64,000 nucleotides of DNA, from NCBI GenBank assembly GCA_030765335.1, contig JAVCCU010000001.1:456-64455 (forward strand), in the 5' to 3' direction. A model generated the notes under the pieces. The model was not told the DNA's origin, did no database searches, and saw only the letters and a program-made list of their open reading frames with translations. The position numbers and the translations under genes are program-made. This DNA is from Candidatus Kaelpia aquatica. Its GTDB lineage: Bacteria > Omnitrophota > Gorgyraeia > Kaelpiales > Kaelpiaceae. Below, in pieces: positions 1 through 9,544 of this stretch (its first letter is position 1; every line of letters begins with the position of its first letter).

Positions 1-915
1 CATGTTGCTACCAGCAAGTGCATCATAGCTGCTTTCTACCTCTACCTGACTATCTGTATTACTTGCTACAACAATGGACGAGCTATTGTCTTTCTCTTCA
101 TAATAATCTATAACACCTTTAATAACAGCTAAAGTTTCCTGGGCTGTAAGATCAGCACCAGCAGCTGCTGTAGTTACATTTATAACAATACCTCTCTCCT
201 CTAATATAGATATCTCCCCTATTAACCCTGCTTTTAACCCCATTAATATAGTTCTATTTATTGCAGAATCATCATAGCAGTCTTCCATTCTATCCTCCAT
301 TCTACGCAATATAGCAATCCGCTCCTTTTCATCAGCCACGGCAAACAACTCTAGGTCTTCATTGGTTGCTGTAATGATATCCTCTTCACTTGTATCTTCT
401 AAGCTCGATTCAGCAACTTTAAAATCCTCAAAACTGTTTAGAAGCTGATCCTGTAAATCTATAGCTTTATTTCTTAATCTTTTCAATGTATCACCTATAT
501 CAGAGTAAATTTTATTCAACATATCTACATTATAATTTTGTTCATTCATCTTTTCTAAAGAACTTAATAATCGATTATATTGATCCTTACTTACTGTTGC
601 CCTAAATCCCTCTGGATTAGCTAATATAGTATCTATACCACCTATAGCGTTATTAATAATCTCTGGAGTTATGCTACCATCAACTATAGAACCTAGATCA
701 ATAATACAGGAATTAACAACTGCTATGTCTAAAGGAACGATTTCTTGTAACGGCAATTGTAGCATAGTGTTAGGTGCTCCTGTTCCTATTGAAGATGTAT
801 CAAAAGATTGCTCTATATCTAAGCCATGGTTACCAGAAATAAACGCAGATGCTTGCGCTCTTAAAGGTAGTGAAACCAAAAGAGCTAAAATTATTAAATT
901 TGTCATTCTCTTCAT
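1..915 (-). CDS. Secreted hypothetical protein, N-terminal part (runs off window start)
   Basis: Not in the ORF track. My translation from ATG at 915 (MKRMTNLIILALLVSLPLRAQASAF...) stays open to base 1, with a signal-peptide-like N-terminus and acidic composition. Confidence 0.7.
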   Translation of the reverse strand, partial: MKRMTNLIILALLVSLPLRAQASAFISGNHGLDIEQSFDTSSIGTGAPNTMLQLPLQEIVPLDIAVVNSCIIDLGSIVDGSITPEIINNAIGGIDTILANPEGFRATVSKDQYNRLLSSLEKMNEQNYNVDMLNKIYSDIGDTLKRLRNKAIDLQDQLLNSFEDFKVAESSLEDTSEEDIITATNEDLELFAVADEKERIAILRRMEDRMEDCYDDSAINRTILMGLKAGLIGEISILEERGIVINVTTAAAGADLTAQETLAVIKGVIDYYEEKDNSSSIVVASNTDSQVEVESSYDALAGSNM

Positions 916-1111
916 TTCTCTATTTTCTATTTCTACTAGTATTTATACCATATATTTTAGCTATTGCCAAATCTGTCAACAATTTTTTTTATTTTTTCTT
1001 AAAAAGTCATATCTGCAACTTTTCTACTTTTTTTCTTAAAAATATTATATAAAAGTAAAAAATAATTCCTTAGAAATAAAAGTAACATATGGAATAATAA
1101 AGAAAATACTA

Positions 1112-2533
1112 CTAATTACTTACTAAAACTAGATTTTGATGGTTGTTCTCTATAAAATAGGCAAGCTGTTGGCGGTAAATCTCATCTTCATTTGAATCAT
1201 ACCTTAAAACCCAATATTCCATCTCAAATCCTTCCAAGCCGTCTTTAAAGGTAAAAACTTTCTTTTCCTTTCCTATCTCCCCATTCGAGAGAATAATATT
1301 TCTTGTAAGAACCGCGCTCTCTATTCCCCACTCATAGCCTGCCTCTAAATCACCGAAGTCTTCAAATAAGACTAGGTTGATATATCTTGCCGTATAGGCA
1401 TTACCGACATCAAAAAGAAACTCTTCTTTTGAACTATCTAAATCACGTATTCTTTTAACAGATGCAAACTCTGCCTCAACCCCGAAATAATTAACACCAT
1501 CTTCATAATAAAACAATTCTCTCCATAAAAGGCTCTCTAGCTCTTGGAGCTGATCTAGTATATTTAGTTGCAACTTACATAACTCTATTAAGCTAGAGTA
1601 ACTCTGGAATAATGCCTGACCATAAGCATGCCAACTATAAGGCAGATCAAAAAGATGCCCTATGCCTTTTAAATCAGAGGATAATTCACCTTCTGTATTA
1701 TTAACAACTGGAATAGAATTACCTAATTCATACTCAAAAAGTTTACGTGAATCTATGAATAAAGAATCATTAAAATCAAAAGGAACATCATCAAGAGGGT
1801 CATCGTCATTAAACCACCTCTCTGTTACATATCCTTTACTCAGGTAAAAAATAACAGACAACTCTTTTGTTTTTTTAGGCCCCATTTCGCCCGGATAATA
1901 TAATTTTCTATTTAACTCTATAGAAGAGAGTCCTGTTGAATCAAAAACCAGAGTAAATTCTCTTAAATCATCCGAAAATCTGCCTAGCTCTACCTTGATC
2001 ACTCCTTCTAAAGTATCGTAATCTGTAAAGGTTTGCGTATCTCTCATTATCTTAACCGGAAATAATGCCTCTCTCTCTGAAAAATCCTCTTCATAGGGAG
2101 GAAAATAGTACTCTCTCTCAGGTGTAAAGTAGAAGAATATCTCTCTTAGCATATCTTCAAAATGGCCCCCTTCTTCTAAGTCCATCTGGGTAAGGGATAT
2201 TTGAATTAAGTCTTCAAACAACCTTCTGCATGTTACTTCGTCTATCTCAACCCACTCATCATAGGGTAGGCCTTCTACATATTCTAATATATCAAGTGGT
2301 TCTAGCTCTTCTTCCCAACTCCAGGTAATAGCATTATCTGCTAAATCAGATGCAACATCTGTGGTACCTGACAAACTAACTGAGATCATAGTTCCAGAAT
2401 CATCTTCTGTTCTAACTCTATTTTGAGGTAAATCTAAATTTGGCAGGGATGCAACAATAAATGGTGCATCTACAGCAAATATACTACTACTAAATAATAA
2501 AACCCCCGCAAGAACCAAAGACAAAACTCTCAT
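1112..2533 (-). CDS. Secreted acidic hypothetical protein
   Basis: Long ORF. Likely start is MRVLSLVLAGVLLFSSSIFA at 2533, preceded by a GGAGG RBS. No family recognised. Confidence 0.7.
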   Translation of the reverse strand: MRVLSLVLAGVLLFSSSIFAVDAPFIVASLPNLDLPQNRVRTEDDSGTMISVSLSGTTDVASDLADNAITWSWEEELEPLDILEYVEGLPYDEWVEIDEVTCRRLFEDLIQISLTQMDLEEGGHFEDMLREIFFYFTPEREYYFPPYEEDFSEREALFPVKIMRDTQTFTDYDTLEGVIKVELGRFSDDLREFTLVFDSTGLSSIELNRKLYYPGEMGPKKTKELSVIFYLSKGYVTERWFNDDDPLDDVPFDFNDSLFIDSRKLFEYELGNSIPVVNNTEGELSSDLKGIGHLFDLPYSWHAYGQALFQSYSSLIELCKLQLNILDQLQELESLLWRELFYYEDGVNYFGVEAEFASVKRIRDLDSSKEEFLFDVGNAYTARYINLVLFEDFGDLEAGYEWGIESAVLTRNIILSNGEIGKEKKVFTFKDGLEGFEMEYWVLRYDSNEDEIYRQQLAYFIENNHQNLVLVSN

Positions 2534-2647
2534 TACGCCTCCTAAATCTCCTCTATACATATATCTCATATATAAGCTGGTCTGTCAAATATTTTTACAT
2601 ACTTTATAAAGTCGCCCCCATGATATTAACCTCTTGATTTTAATAGC

Positions 2648-3310
2648 TTAACGAAAGAGTCTTTTAAATAAAAGAAATATGGGCAAGATCAATATCCCAA
2701 CAACAAACCCGCCGATATGGGCAAACCAGGCAACACCTGAGATATTAGACTCAGCAGCTAATGATGAGAACCCATAGAAAAACTGAAATATAAACCAGAG
2801 CCCTATAAATACATAGGCCGGCATCTTTACTACCTGCCAGAATATAAAAATAGGTATCAGGGTAACAATACGTGTTGCAGGATAGAGAATAAGATAGGCT
2901 GCTAAGATACCTGATATCGCACCTGATGCCCCTATTGTAGGCATAGCGGACGTGGGGTGAATCGCTGCATGAATAAGCCCTGCACCTACTCCTGATATTA
3001 TATAGAAATAGGTAAAGCCCATATGGCCTAAGAGGTCCTCTATTTTATTACCAAAGACCCAGAGATATAACATGTTAGACAGAAAGTGAATCCAACCAGC
3101 ATGAAGAAACATATAGGTAAAGAGGGTGAGGTAAAACTTAGGATCTTGAGAAAAGAATATCTTTACTGGAATAAGAGAGAGTGTATCTCTTAAATAAATA
3201 TAGCTTGAATGTTGGCGCTGGCATAAAAATACAACCCCGTTAAGCACAATAAGTATTATCGTTATAAGGGGAAAATTGCGGGTTGGAATCTCATCTCTTA
3301 GCGGAATCAT
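2648..3310 (-). CDS. Rhomboid family intramembrane serine protease
   Basis: Motifs MFLHAGWIHFLSNM, catalytic GASGAISG and AHIGG; multiple TM segments. Confidence 0.95.
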   Translation of the reverse strand: MIPLRDEIPTRNFPLITIILIVLNGVVFLCQRQHSSYIYLRDTLSLIPVKIFFSQDPKFYLTLFTYMFLHAGWIHFLSNMLYLWVFGNKIEDLLGHMGFTYFYIISGVGAGLIHAAIHPTSAMPTIGASGAISGILAAYLILYPATRIVTLIPIFIFWQVVKMPAYVFIGLWFIFQFFYGFSSLAAESNISGVAWFAHIGGFVVGILILPIFLLFKRLFR

Positions 3311-3352
3311 GGATTTAGTATATCATCTAATAGCACTTTGAGAAACCAGAGT

Positions 3353-3799
3353 TTATCTATCTTGACTATCAAGTAATATCGTAACAGGACCGTAATTAAC
3401 CAGTTCTATATTCATATCAGCCCCAAAGACCCCTATCTTCACTTCTACTCCTTGGGACCTTAGGCAATTATTAAATTTAATGAACAGCTCTTCTGCTTTC
3501 TCCGGCTTAAGAGCTTTATCAAAAGAAGGCCTACGGCCTTTCTTGCAATCTGCATATAGAGTAAACTGAGATACTAAGAGTACTTCACCTTTAATATCCA
3601 GTAAAGATTTGTTAAGCTTGGCTTCACTATCTTCAAATATTCTTAAGTTAGCAATCTTTGCTGCCAGCCAATCAATATCACTATCAGTATCCCCTTCACC
3701 TATTCCGAGTAAGACAAATAAGCCTTTACCTATCTCTGATATAATCTTATCTTTTACCAATAGCTTCCCATATTTAACTCTCTGTAAGACTACTCTCAT
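3353..3799 (-). CDS. dtd: D-aminoacyl-tRNA deacylase
   Basis: Motifs MRVVLQRV, SQFTL, GRRPSF and NYGPVT. Confidence 0.97.
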   Translation of the reverse strand: MRVVLQRVKYGKLLVKDKIISEIGKGLFVLLGIGEGDTDSDIDWLAAKIANLRIFEDSEAKLNKSLLDIKGEVLLVSQFTLYADCKKGRRPSFDKALKPEKAEELFIKFNNCLRSQGVEVKIGVFGADMNIELVNYGPVTILLDSQDR

Positions 3800-5289
3800 C
3801 TATTCTCCTTCTTTAACTCTTCTATCCGCCTTGAGAAAAAACCACCTGTATAGGCATCAAGGGCTGCGGTTAACTCCTCAATATACATCTCCTTCTTTAT
3901 TCTATCAATATTCTCCTGCGGAGGGTTGTTTATTAAATCGATCTTTGCGCTCTTTCTTTCAAAGTACAACCTGTTTACTTCGTTTAAAATATCCAGCCTT
4001 AACTGGGTATTCAAGCGCGAGCGGGTATCGATATCGTCTTGATAATGGTTCCAGATTAAATCTTCTAAATCCCAGGTTAAATCAACACTCCAGTCTCTAG
4101 GGCCAACGTGGGACTGCCCTCCACTGCTATAGGTACCATATATTGTTTTATCATATCCAAGACCAAGTTGAGGCATAAGCGCACGGTATTTTAAAGACTT
4201 TCTCCAGGCTTTTATCTTCTCAGGATTAACATCATTATAATCTAAGGATGCCTGCTGGATCTCTAGAGCACTGGGTTCAAAAGAGAAAAGACTCTTATAA
4301 CCTCGCTCTAGGAACTCCCGGCCATCCTCTCCCTCTTCAAATAATCCTAAAGAAGTCGCAAGGTAGAGCTTGCCCTTCCTATCCATTGTGAGCATGTTAA
4401 TGCTCTCTGTAGGCAACCCCTCATAAACCTTGATAGCCTTCTTTCTTCCCAAATAAACTTTAAAGAATCCCTTATCAGTTCCAAGATAGATAAGGTCTCC
4501 TGAGCTATCATCCTGAAGTATAGAATTAATCGCTATACTGCCCAAGCCTTGAATGTAGGCTTTTTGAAAACTAGAGCCATAATCGCTGGATATAAATAGA
4601 CCTGCAGCTGTACCAAGGTAGATAACGCTAGAATCTTTACTGCTAACAGCTACAACTCTTGGAACATAGGATAGGCCTTCTTCTACCTCTTCCACTTCTT
4701 CTATCTCTATACTCTTATCCCTTCCTGGAATTGTAAAAGTCCTCTGGAACCTGCGAAAATCCTCGCTTCTATAAATACCTAGATCTGTTGCTAGATAGAG
4801 GTAGGGCTTCATATAGTCTATCCAGTAAATCTCTATATTACGAGGAAGGGCAGCAGCTTTTTGAAAGTCAGAGATACCATCTTCACCCAGATATAGCCCC
4901 GAAGATGTTCCCAGCAAGAGCTTATTGCCCTTTCTCTTAAAAGAGAGGCATCTTATATCTTTGCCCTGACCGCGAAAAAGATAATCAAACCTCCCTGAGT
5001 CTCTTGTTGATAGCAGTCCTAAGTCAGTCACAACATATAAAAGCTTATGATCTAAGGGGTCTGGATAGACAAAGTTTATTTCACCTTCCTGAGTTTTATA
5101 GATAAATTTCCACTCTCTGTTCTCCAGCTTGTATAGAGAGTCTTTTGAAGCAAGATATAAGATATTATTATCTAGAGGATGGGCTATAACAAGCTTGCAG
5201 TCTACTTCGGTTAAACCTTTGATTCTAGTGAACTCCGCCCAAGAGGTGAAAGAAAAAACCAAAACGAGAACTGATAATAAGTATCTCAT
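3796..5289 (-). CDS. Secreted beta-propeller (BNR/Ycf48-like) protein with C-terminal helical/beta domain
   Basis: Signal peptide; repeated LYLGTxxGL(Y/F) blades and SxDxG Asp-box-like motifs; distinct C-terminal domain of about 160 aa. Confidence 0.75.
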   Translation of the reverse strand: MRYLLSVLVLVFSFTSWAEFTRIKGLTEVDCKLVIAHPLDNNILYLASKDSLYKLENREWKFIYKTQEGEINFVYPDPLDHKLLYVVTDLGLLSTRDSGRFDYLFRGQGKDIRCLSFKRKGNKLLLGTSSGLYLGEDGISDFQKAAALPRNIEIYWIDYMKPYLYLATDLGIYRSEDFRRFQRTFTIPGRDKSIEIEEVEEVEEGLSYVPRVVAVSSKDSSVIYLGTAAGLFISSDYGSSFQKAYIQGLGSIAINSILQDDSSGDLIYLGTDKGFFKVYLGRKKAIKVYEGLPTESINMLTMDRKGKLYLATSLGLFEEGEDGREFLERGYKSLFSFEPSALEIQQASLDYNDVNPEKIKAWRKSLKYRALMPQLGLGYDKTIYGTYSSGGQSHVGPRDWSVDLTWDLEDLIWNHYQDDIDTRSRLNTQLRLDILNEVNRLYFERKSAKIDLINNPPQENIDRIKKEMYIEELTAALDAYTGGFFSRRIEELKKENR

Positions 5290-5306
5290 TTAAACCTCCT
5301 TTATCT

Positions 5307-6059
5307 TTAAGTTTTTCTCTTAAGTTCCTTATATTTAATTAAGCTTAAAAACTGATAAAGGGATGCAAAATAGGCCAACACAAAACCATAGAAACCATCT
5401 TTAAAACCCTGCTTCCTAAAATAACTCCTCAAAAATCTATCGATACTTCTTCTTAAGAATCTGGAGCTCTTTATCTCTTTACCTTGGTCAACCCACTTCT
5501 GAACCTCAAGGGTTGTCTGATTGTTTAACTTGTTTATAAAATCTGTAATATCGCGGTAAGAGTAATGTATGATATCTGATTTTAAGGGAGCCGTATCACC
5601 ATCTACAAAGGCTATTGGATGGACATGCGACTCTTCCCATTTGAATCTATCTTTGAAGAACATCTTAAGTTGGGGTGAAGGATACCAGCCGCCGTATTTA
5701 ACCCAATAGCTGCCGATATAATTACGCCTCGGTATTGAACATGCTACAGCCTGAGGTGAAGACTTCAAGAACTCTTCTATCTCTTGTTTTAATTCCTCTG
5801 TAACTCTCTCATCAGCATCAAGGCTTAAGACCCATTCATTTTTGGCTTGCTGGTAGGCCCAATTTCTATGCCTGCCCTCGATATCCATCTTACGAACCAA
5901 GATCTTATCTGTATATTCTGAGGCCATATCTCTTGTTCTATCGCTGCTGTTATCATCAACAATGACAATCTCATCTGCCCAGCCTCTAACAGATTCGATA
6001 CATTCTTTGATATTTTTCTCTTCATTCTTTGTAATAATTACTACAGATAAAGCAATCAT
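5307..6059 (-). CDS. Glycosyltransferase family 2 (WaaE/KdtX-like)
   Basis: Motifs LSVVIITKNEE, VDDNSSDRT, LDADER and C-terminal GFKDG. Confidence 0.92.
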   Translation of the reverse strand: MIALSVVIITKNEEKNIKECIESVRGWADEIVIVDDNSSDRTRDMASEYTDKILVRKMDIEGRHRNWAYQQAKNEWVLSLDADERVTEELKQEIEEFLKSSPQAVACSIPRRNYIGSYWVKYGGWYPSPQLKMFFKDRFKWEESHVHPIAFVDGDTAPLKSDIIHYSYRDITDFINKLNNQTTLEVQKWVDQGKEIKSSRFLRRSIDRFLRSYFRKQGFKDGFYGFVLAYFASLYQFLSLIKYKELKRKT

Positions 6060-6088
6060 AGTATCTCCTTATTGTTTAATTAGATAAA

Positions 6089-6117
6089 ATCATATCTTTA
6101 AATATACGCTTTGTCAA
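6089..6117 (-). promoter_or_regulatory. Sigma70-type promoter of the GT2 operon
   Basis: TTGACA-17 nt-TATGAT on the minus strand, followed by an AAGGAG RBS. Confidence 0.7.
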
Positions 6118-6149
6118 AAAACTTATCACCCTTTGGTTAAATTTAAAAA

Positions 6150-6275
6150 AGCCTCTTGGATCTAAACCCATGGTTCAAGCTCTCACCGTGAAGCAATACT
6201 ACAAAGAGAGTCGGAGGAAAGAATATAGTATATTTTTAAATCTAGGCTTGGTTCGAGATCTTATCCCTGCAGTTT
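6150..6275 (-). ncRNA. Candidate 6S RNA-like structured RNA
   Basis: Minus strand contains CTTGAACCATGGGTT, resembling the E. coli 6S 3' bubble element CTTGAACCAAGGGTT as I recall it. GATCTCGAACCA can pair with TGGGTTTAGATC, and there is an inner CTCTC/GAGAG stem. Ends are uncertain. Confidence 0.4.
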
Positions 6276-6279
6276 AAGT

Positions 6280-8826
6280 CTATTCTTTTACTAAATTAAT
6301 CTCTGCAAGCTCAAATCCATCTTTACACCCTTGATCATAGTAAGGCATAAAGAATAAATTATACTTACATTTAGGCGTGTTGTCGTTCTTATCAAAATCG
6401 TTAACCGCTATCGAGAAGCCTATTTTTAACCCTGGCTCAGGCTCAATACCTAAAATTTCAAAAGGTATTGCAATCTCAAGAATATATCCCGACTCTATAA
6501 TCTTAGACTCCAGTCTTATCTCTTCAAATATTTTGTCCTGGAACCAGGCATAATGCAAAGGTCTTTTTCTGTCACTAGAGGGTGCAAAGCCAAGCTGAAA
6601 CTGTTTTTCATTGCCCCAGCGAAGATTCTTATTCTCGGGAGCAATATATATCTCTATGCTATCCTGCTTATAGATTTTATCTGGAATATCCTCTGCAACA
6701 ACCTCATTATCTGTTACTTCAACCCAGAAATATAGAGACTCTTCATCCCAGCCCAGGCTAAACTTGGCATCCAGATCATCAGGGGATAGCGTGACAGCTC
6801 CGTGCTCTATTGTTTCGCTAGCTTTTAAAGTGTAATCATAATCTCCAGCCTTAAAAACCCGCTTATAGTCAGCATTAATGAGGGGCTTTTCGTCTGGCTC
6901 AAGCTCCATAGTCCCGGATTTAAACCCGACTCTATCCATGGCTTTATTGATATATTTATTAGACATAAAATAATCCCAAACAGATCCTGTCAGATAGTTT
7001 TCAATCATGAGCAGCATCGCGCCTTGGTCTATCCCAATAACAATCTCTGAATACCAATCTTTGTCCCGGTTCAAACTATCGGAAAAACCATATCTACCCC
7101 AAACATAATCTTTGTAATGACTATACATCCAACGCAATGCAGCTATTGTCTCCCTAGGAGCAAAAGGAATCGAACCTCCTAGAGCCGTAAAAGCAACGGT
7201 CCCATCATAATAAGCATAGCCCGGAGGAGCACCATAAGCATCGTAGCCGGCCGGAGATTCACAAGCAGTAAGCCCCCAAGAGTTTTCGTTAAAAGTCATG
7301 GAGTTAAATTTATTGTTAATGCAGAACTCCCTGTTGGCTAAAGTTGCATTGACAGATGATTGGAAATAATCAGCATAGTCATCATGTTTATTCCGAAAAT
7401 CAACCCAAATATGTGAATATTGATGAGTAAACAGAGGTGGTGAAACTAAGCAGGTATAACCCTCATAACTCCAAATAGGTCTTCTTATTTCATCCCATAC
7501 CTCAGGAGAGATAGGATAAGTAGGAGACCCGATTGCAAAAAGGTACATCAGCATCTGCTCGCCGTACCTATTCCATCTATCCGGCAAAAATCCTGTCTCA
7601 GGCATCCAGCCCATACATAGAGTATCACCTTCAGCTAGCATCCAATCCCACTCTACTCTCTCATAAAGTTCTTCCGCCAGCTCTCTGACTTTAGAGCCGA
7701 AGTATTCACCGGCAGCAAGAGCCCCGGCTAAAAAAAGAGCAGTATCAATGGAGGAGAGCTCACAATTCCAGACTCTCTTGCCATTATCCATACCTACAAA
7801 GTGATAAAAAAATCCATGAACATTTTCCAATTTATCTCTAAAATAAAAGAGCGTATTTAAAGTCCTCTCTAAAGCCTCCTCTTTGCTGATCCACCCTTTT
7901 TCAACTGCAATAGGATATGAGCTTAAGGCAAAGCCAACTGCAGCAATAGAGGCTACCTGAAAATTATCATCTTTAAAGTTATTTGCCTTGTCTTTAATAA
8001 GACCTGTATCTGGATTGGCTTCGTTCCAAAAATAACCAAACGCTTTTCTCTGAATTAATTCCAGAAACTGCTGATCTGACAAACATGACATATCCGGTTT
8101 CGGAATCCTTTCCCGAGCAGTAGGAAATAGAACGGAACAAGAGTCGCTTAAAGTCTCAGCTGCTGTAAAGTAGATATCGTCTACGTATATTGTCCCTTCT
8201 TTCTGAGTTGCTTTCCAATCTTCAAAAACTATAACAAGCTTTCTCATGCTGCCCCACTCTAAGGCGCCTACAAATCGATCTAGGTCTACCGTATACTCTC
8301 TCCATTCATCGCTAAGTCCTGTTATGTAATAAGCACCTTTCTTGCCTTGAGAGTCTTGGACCTCCAATTTAAAATCTTTCGTATACCCTTTATCTCTATC
8401 TCCTTTGGCCCAAATTACTATCTGCTTATACTGACTTAAATCGACAGCTCCAAGATCAAACCAGACACCATTAAAAGCTGAGGATGGAGAGTCAACATCG
8501 TAATCTATTCTCAAAGAATATCCGCTATCACCTACATGGGTTAGGGATGAGAAAGAGTCATAACAACTCTGAGAGTAATCGTTAGGGGCTTTATCCCAAG
8601 CACCGAAATCACCTAGGCTAGACTTGTTCTCTTTTTCGTTAAAATGGCTTAAGAGAAATATTCCCGGAACTTCTGCTTGGGCTATCGGCTTTAGGTCTTC
8701 CTGGAATTCCTGGCGGGATTGTTCGCGCTTCTCTCTAATATTTTTAACTTTTAAATATCTATTTGTAGAAAATATAACTATTAAAATCACAAAAACCAAG
8801 GCTGCTATTAAAGAAATTTTCCTCAT
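6280..8826 (-). CDS. Membrane-anchored multimodular GH144-like (glucoamylase-family) endo-beta-1,2-glucanase: CBM11-like + GH144 + CBM9-like
   Basis: N-terminal TM. Catalytic-domain motifs ASIAAVGFAL, LSSIDTALFLAG, PLFTHQYSHIWVDFR, GRYGFSDSLN and GIDQG. C-terminal WDEESLYFWVEVTD...DSIEIY...YILEIAIPF...IGFSIAVNDFD is CBM9-like. Confidence 0.85.
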   Translation of the reverse strand: MRKISLIAALVFVILIVIFSTNRYLKVKNIREKREQSRQEFQEDLKPIAQAEVPGIFLLSHFNEKENKSSLGDFGAWDKAPNDYSQSCYDSFSSLTHVGDSGYSLRIDYDVDSPSSAFNGVWFDLGAVDLSQYKQIVIWAKGDRDKGYTKDFKLEVQDSQGKKGAYYITGLSDEWREYTVDLDRFVGALEWGSMRKLVIVFEDWKATQKEGTIYVDDIYFTAAETLSDSCSVLFPTARERIPKPDMSCLSDQQFLELIQRKAFGYFWNEANPDTGLIKDKANNFKDDNFQVASIAAVGFALSSYPIAVEKGWISKEEALERTLNTLFYFRDKLENVHGFFYHFVGMDNGKRVWNCELSSIDTALFLAGALAAGEYFGSKVRELAEELYERVEWDWMLAEGDTLCMGWMPETGFLPDRWNRYGEQMLMYLFAIGSPTYPISPEVWDEIRRPIWSYEGYTCLVSPPLFTHQYSHIWVDFRNKHDDYADYFQSSVNATLANREFCINNKFNSMTFNENSWGLTACESPAGYDAYGAPPGYAYYDGTVAFTALGGSIPFAPRETIAALRWMYSHYKDYVWGRYGFSDSLNRDKDWYSEIVIGIDQGAMLLMIENYLTGSVWDYFMSNKYINKAMDRVGFKSGTMELEPDEKPLINADYKRVFKAGDYDYTLKASETIEHGAVTLSPDDLDAKFSLGWDEESLYFWVEVTDNEVVAEDIPDKIYKQDSIEIYIAPENKNLRWGNEKQFQLGFAPSSDRKRPLHYAWFQDKIFEEIRLESKIIESGYILEIAIPFEILGIEPEPGLKIGFSIAVNDFDKNDNTPKCKYNLFFMPYYDQGCKDGFELAEINLVKE

Positions 8827-8849
8827 CTATAAAACTTTCTGTTTATGCA

Positions 8850-8876
8850 AAGGCGGAGTATGTTCTACTCCGCCTT
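8850..8876. terminator. Strong hairpin (terminator or mRNA-stabilising stem)
   Basis: AAGGCGGAGTA-tgttc-TACTCCGCCTT, a perfect 11-bp stem between the CBM gene and the GH144 gene. Confidence 0.65.
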
Positions 8877-8899
8877 GATAGATTAATTACAATTTTTTG

Positions 8900-9475
8900 T
8901 TATTCAAACATGACATCATCAAAATAGACAGTTCCCTCTTTTACTTCACATCTCCAATCTTCAAAGACTACAACAAATTCGTCCAGATTAGTGAAGTCGG
9001 ATATCCCTGCTACTCTTGCAAGAGGAACTTCTATCTTCTGCCATTGATCTGTAATACCTGTAACATAATACTTTCCTATCTCACCCTTGTTGTTTTTCAT
9101 CTCAACCTTGAAGAGAGGAGAGAACCCTCTGTCTTTGTCACCCTTTACCCAGATAACAAAGTTTGTATATCCAGATACATCAGAACCGTTCAGCTTCATC
9201 CAAAAACCATTGTAGGCTGGGTTTGGAGAGTCAACATCATAATCCAACCTCAAACAGAAACCTTTTCCATCTCTGGTGTCGCTAGTACTAAAACTCTCTA
9301 TGGCTGTCTGAGAGAAATCCATTGGATCTCTATCCCAAGCACCAAAATCTCCACCGATATTGCTTGGTTTTACACCCGAATCAAAATCGGAAACCAGAAG
9401 ATCTTCTTGTGCAAAAGATACTGCCGTAGCTACAAAGAGAGCCACCAAAATAAGATAGCTAACTTTTTTCATCAT
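8900..9475 (-). CDS. Secreted CBM11/CIA30-like carbohydrate-binding protein
   Basis: Signal peptide; LVSDFD, LRLDYDV, FVIWVKGD, WQKIEVPL and GTVYFDDV galactose-binding-fold pattern; paralog of the GH144 N-terminal module. Confidence 0.8.
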   Translation of the reverse strand: MMKKVSYLILVALFVATAVSFAQEDLLVSDFDSGVKPSNIGGDFGAWDRDPMDFSQTAIESFSTSDTRDGKGFCLRLDYDVDSPNPAYNGFWMKLNGSDVSGYTNFVIWVKGDKDRGFSPLFKVEMKNNKGEIGKYYVTGITDQWQKIEVPLARVAGISDFTNLDEFVVVFEDWRCEVKEGTVYFDDVMFE

Positions 9476-9544
9476 CCCACCTCCTTTTTATTTTTGAATC
9501 TTTTTATTTATGCCACATGGGCCATCTTTTGTCAAGTTTTTAAC

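Noticed and set aside
671-1052. Plus-strand ORFs 671..1039 and 849..1052
   Set aside because: Antisense shadows of the real minus-strand gene 1..915 and AT-rich intergenic DNA.
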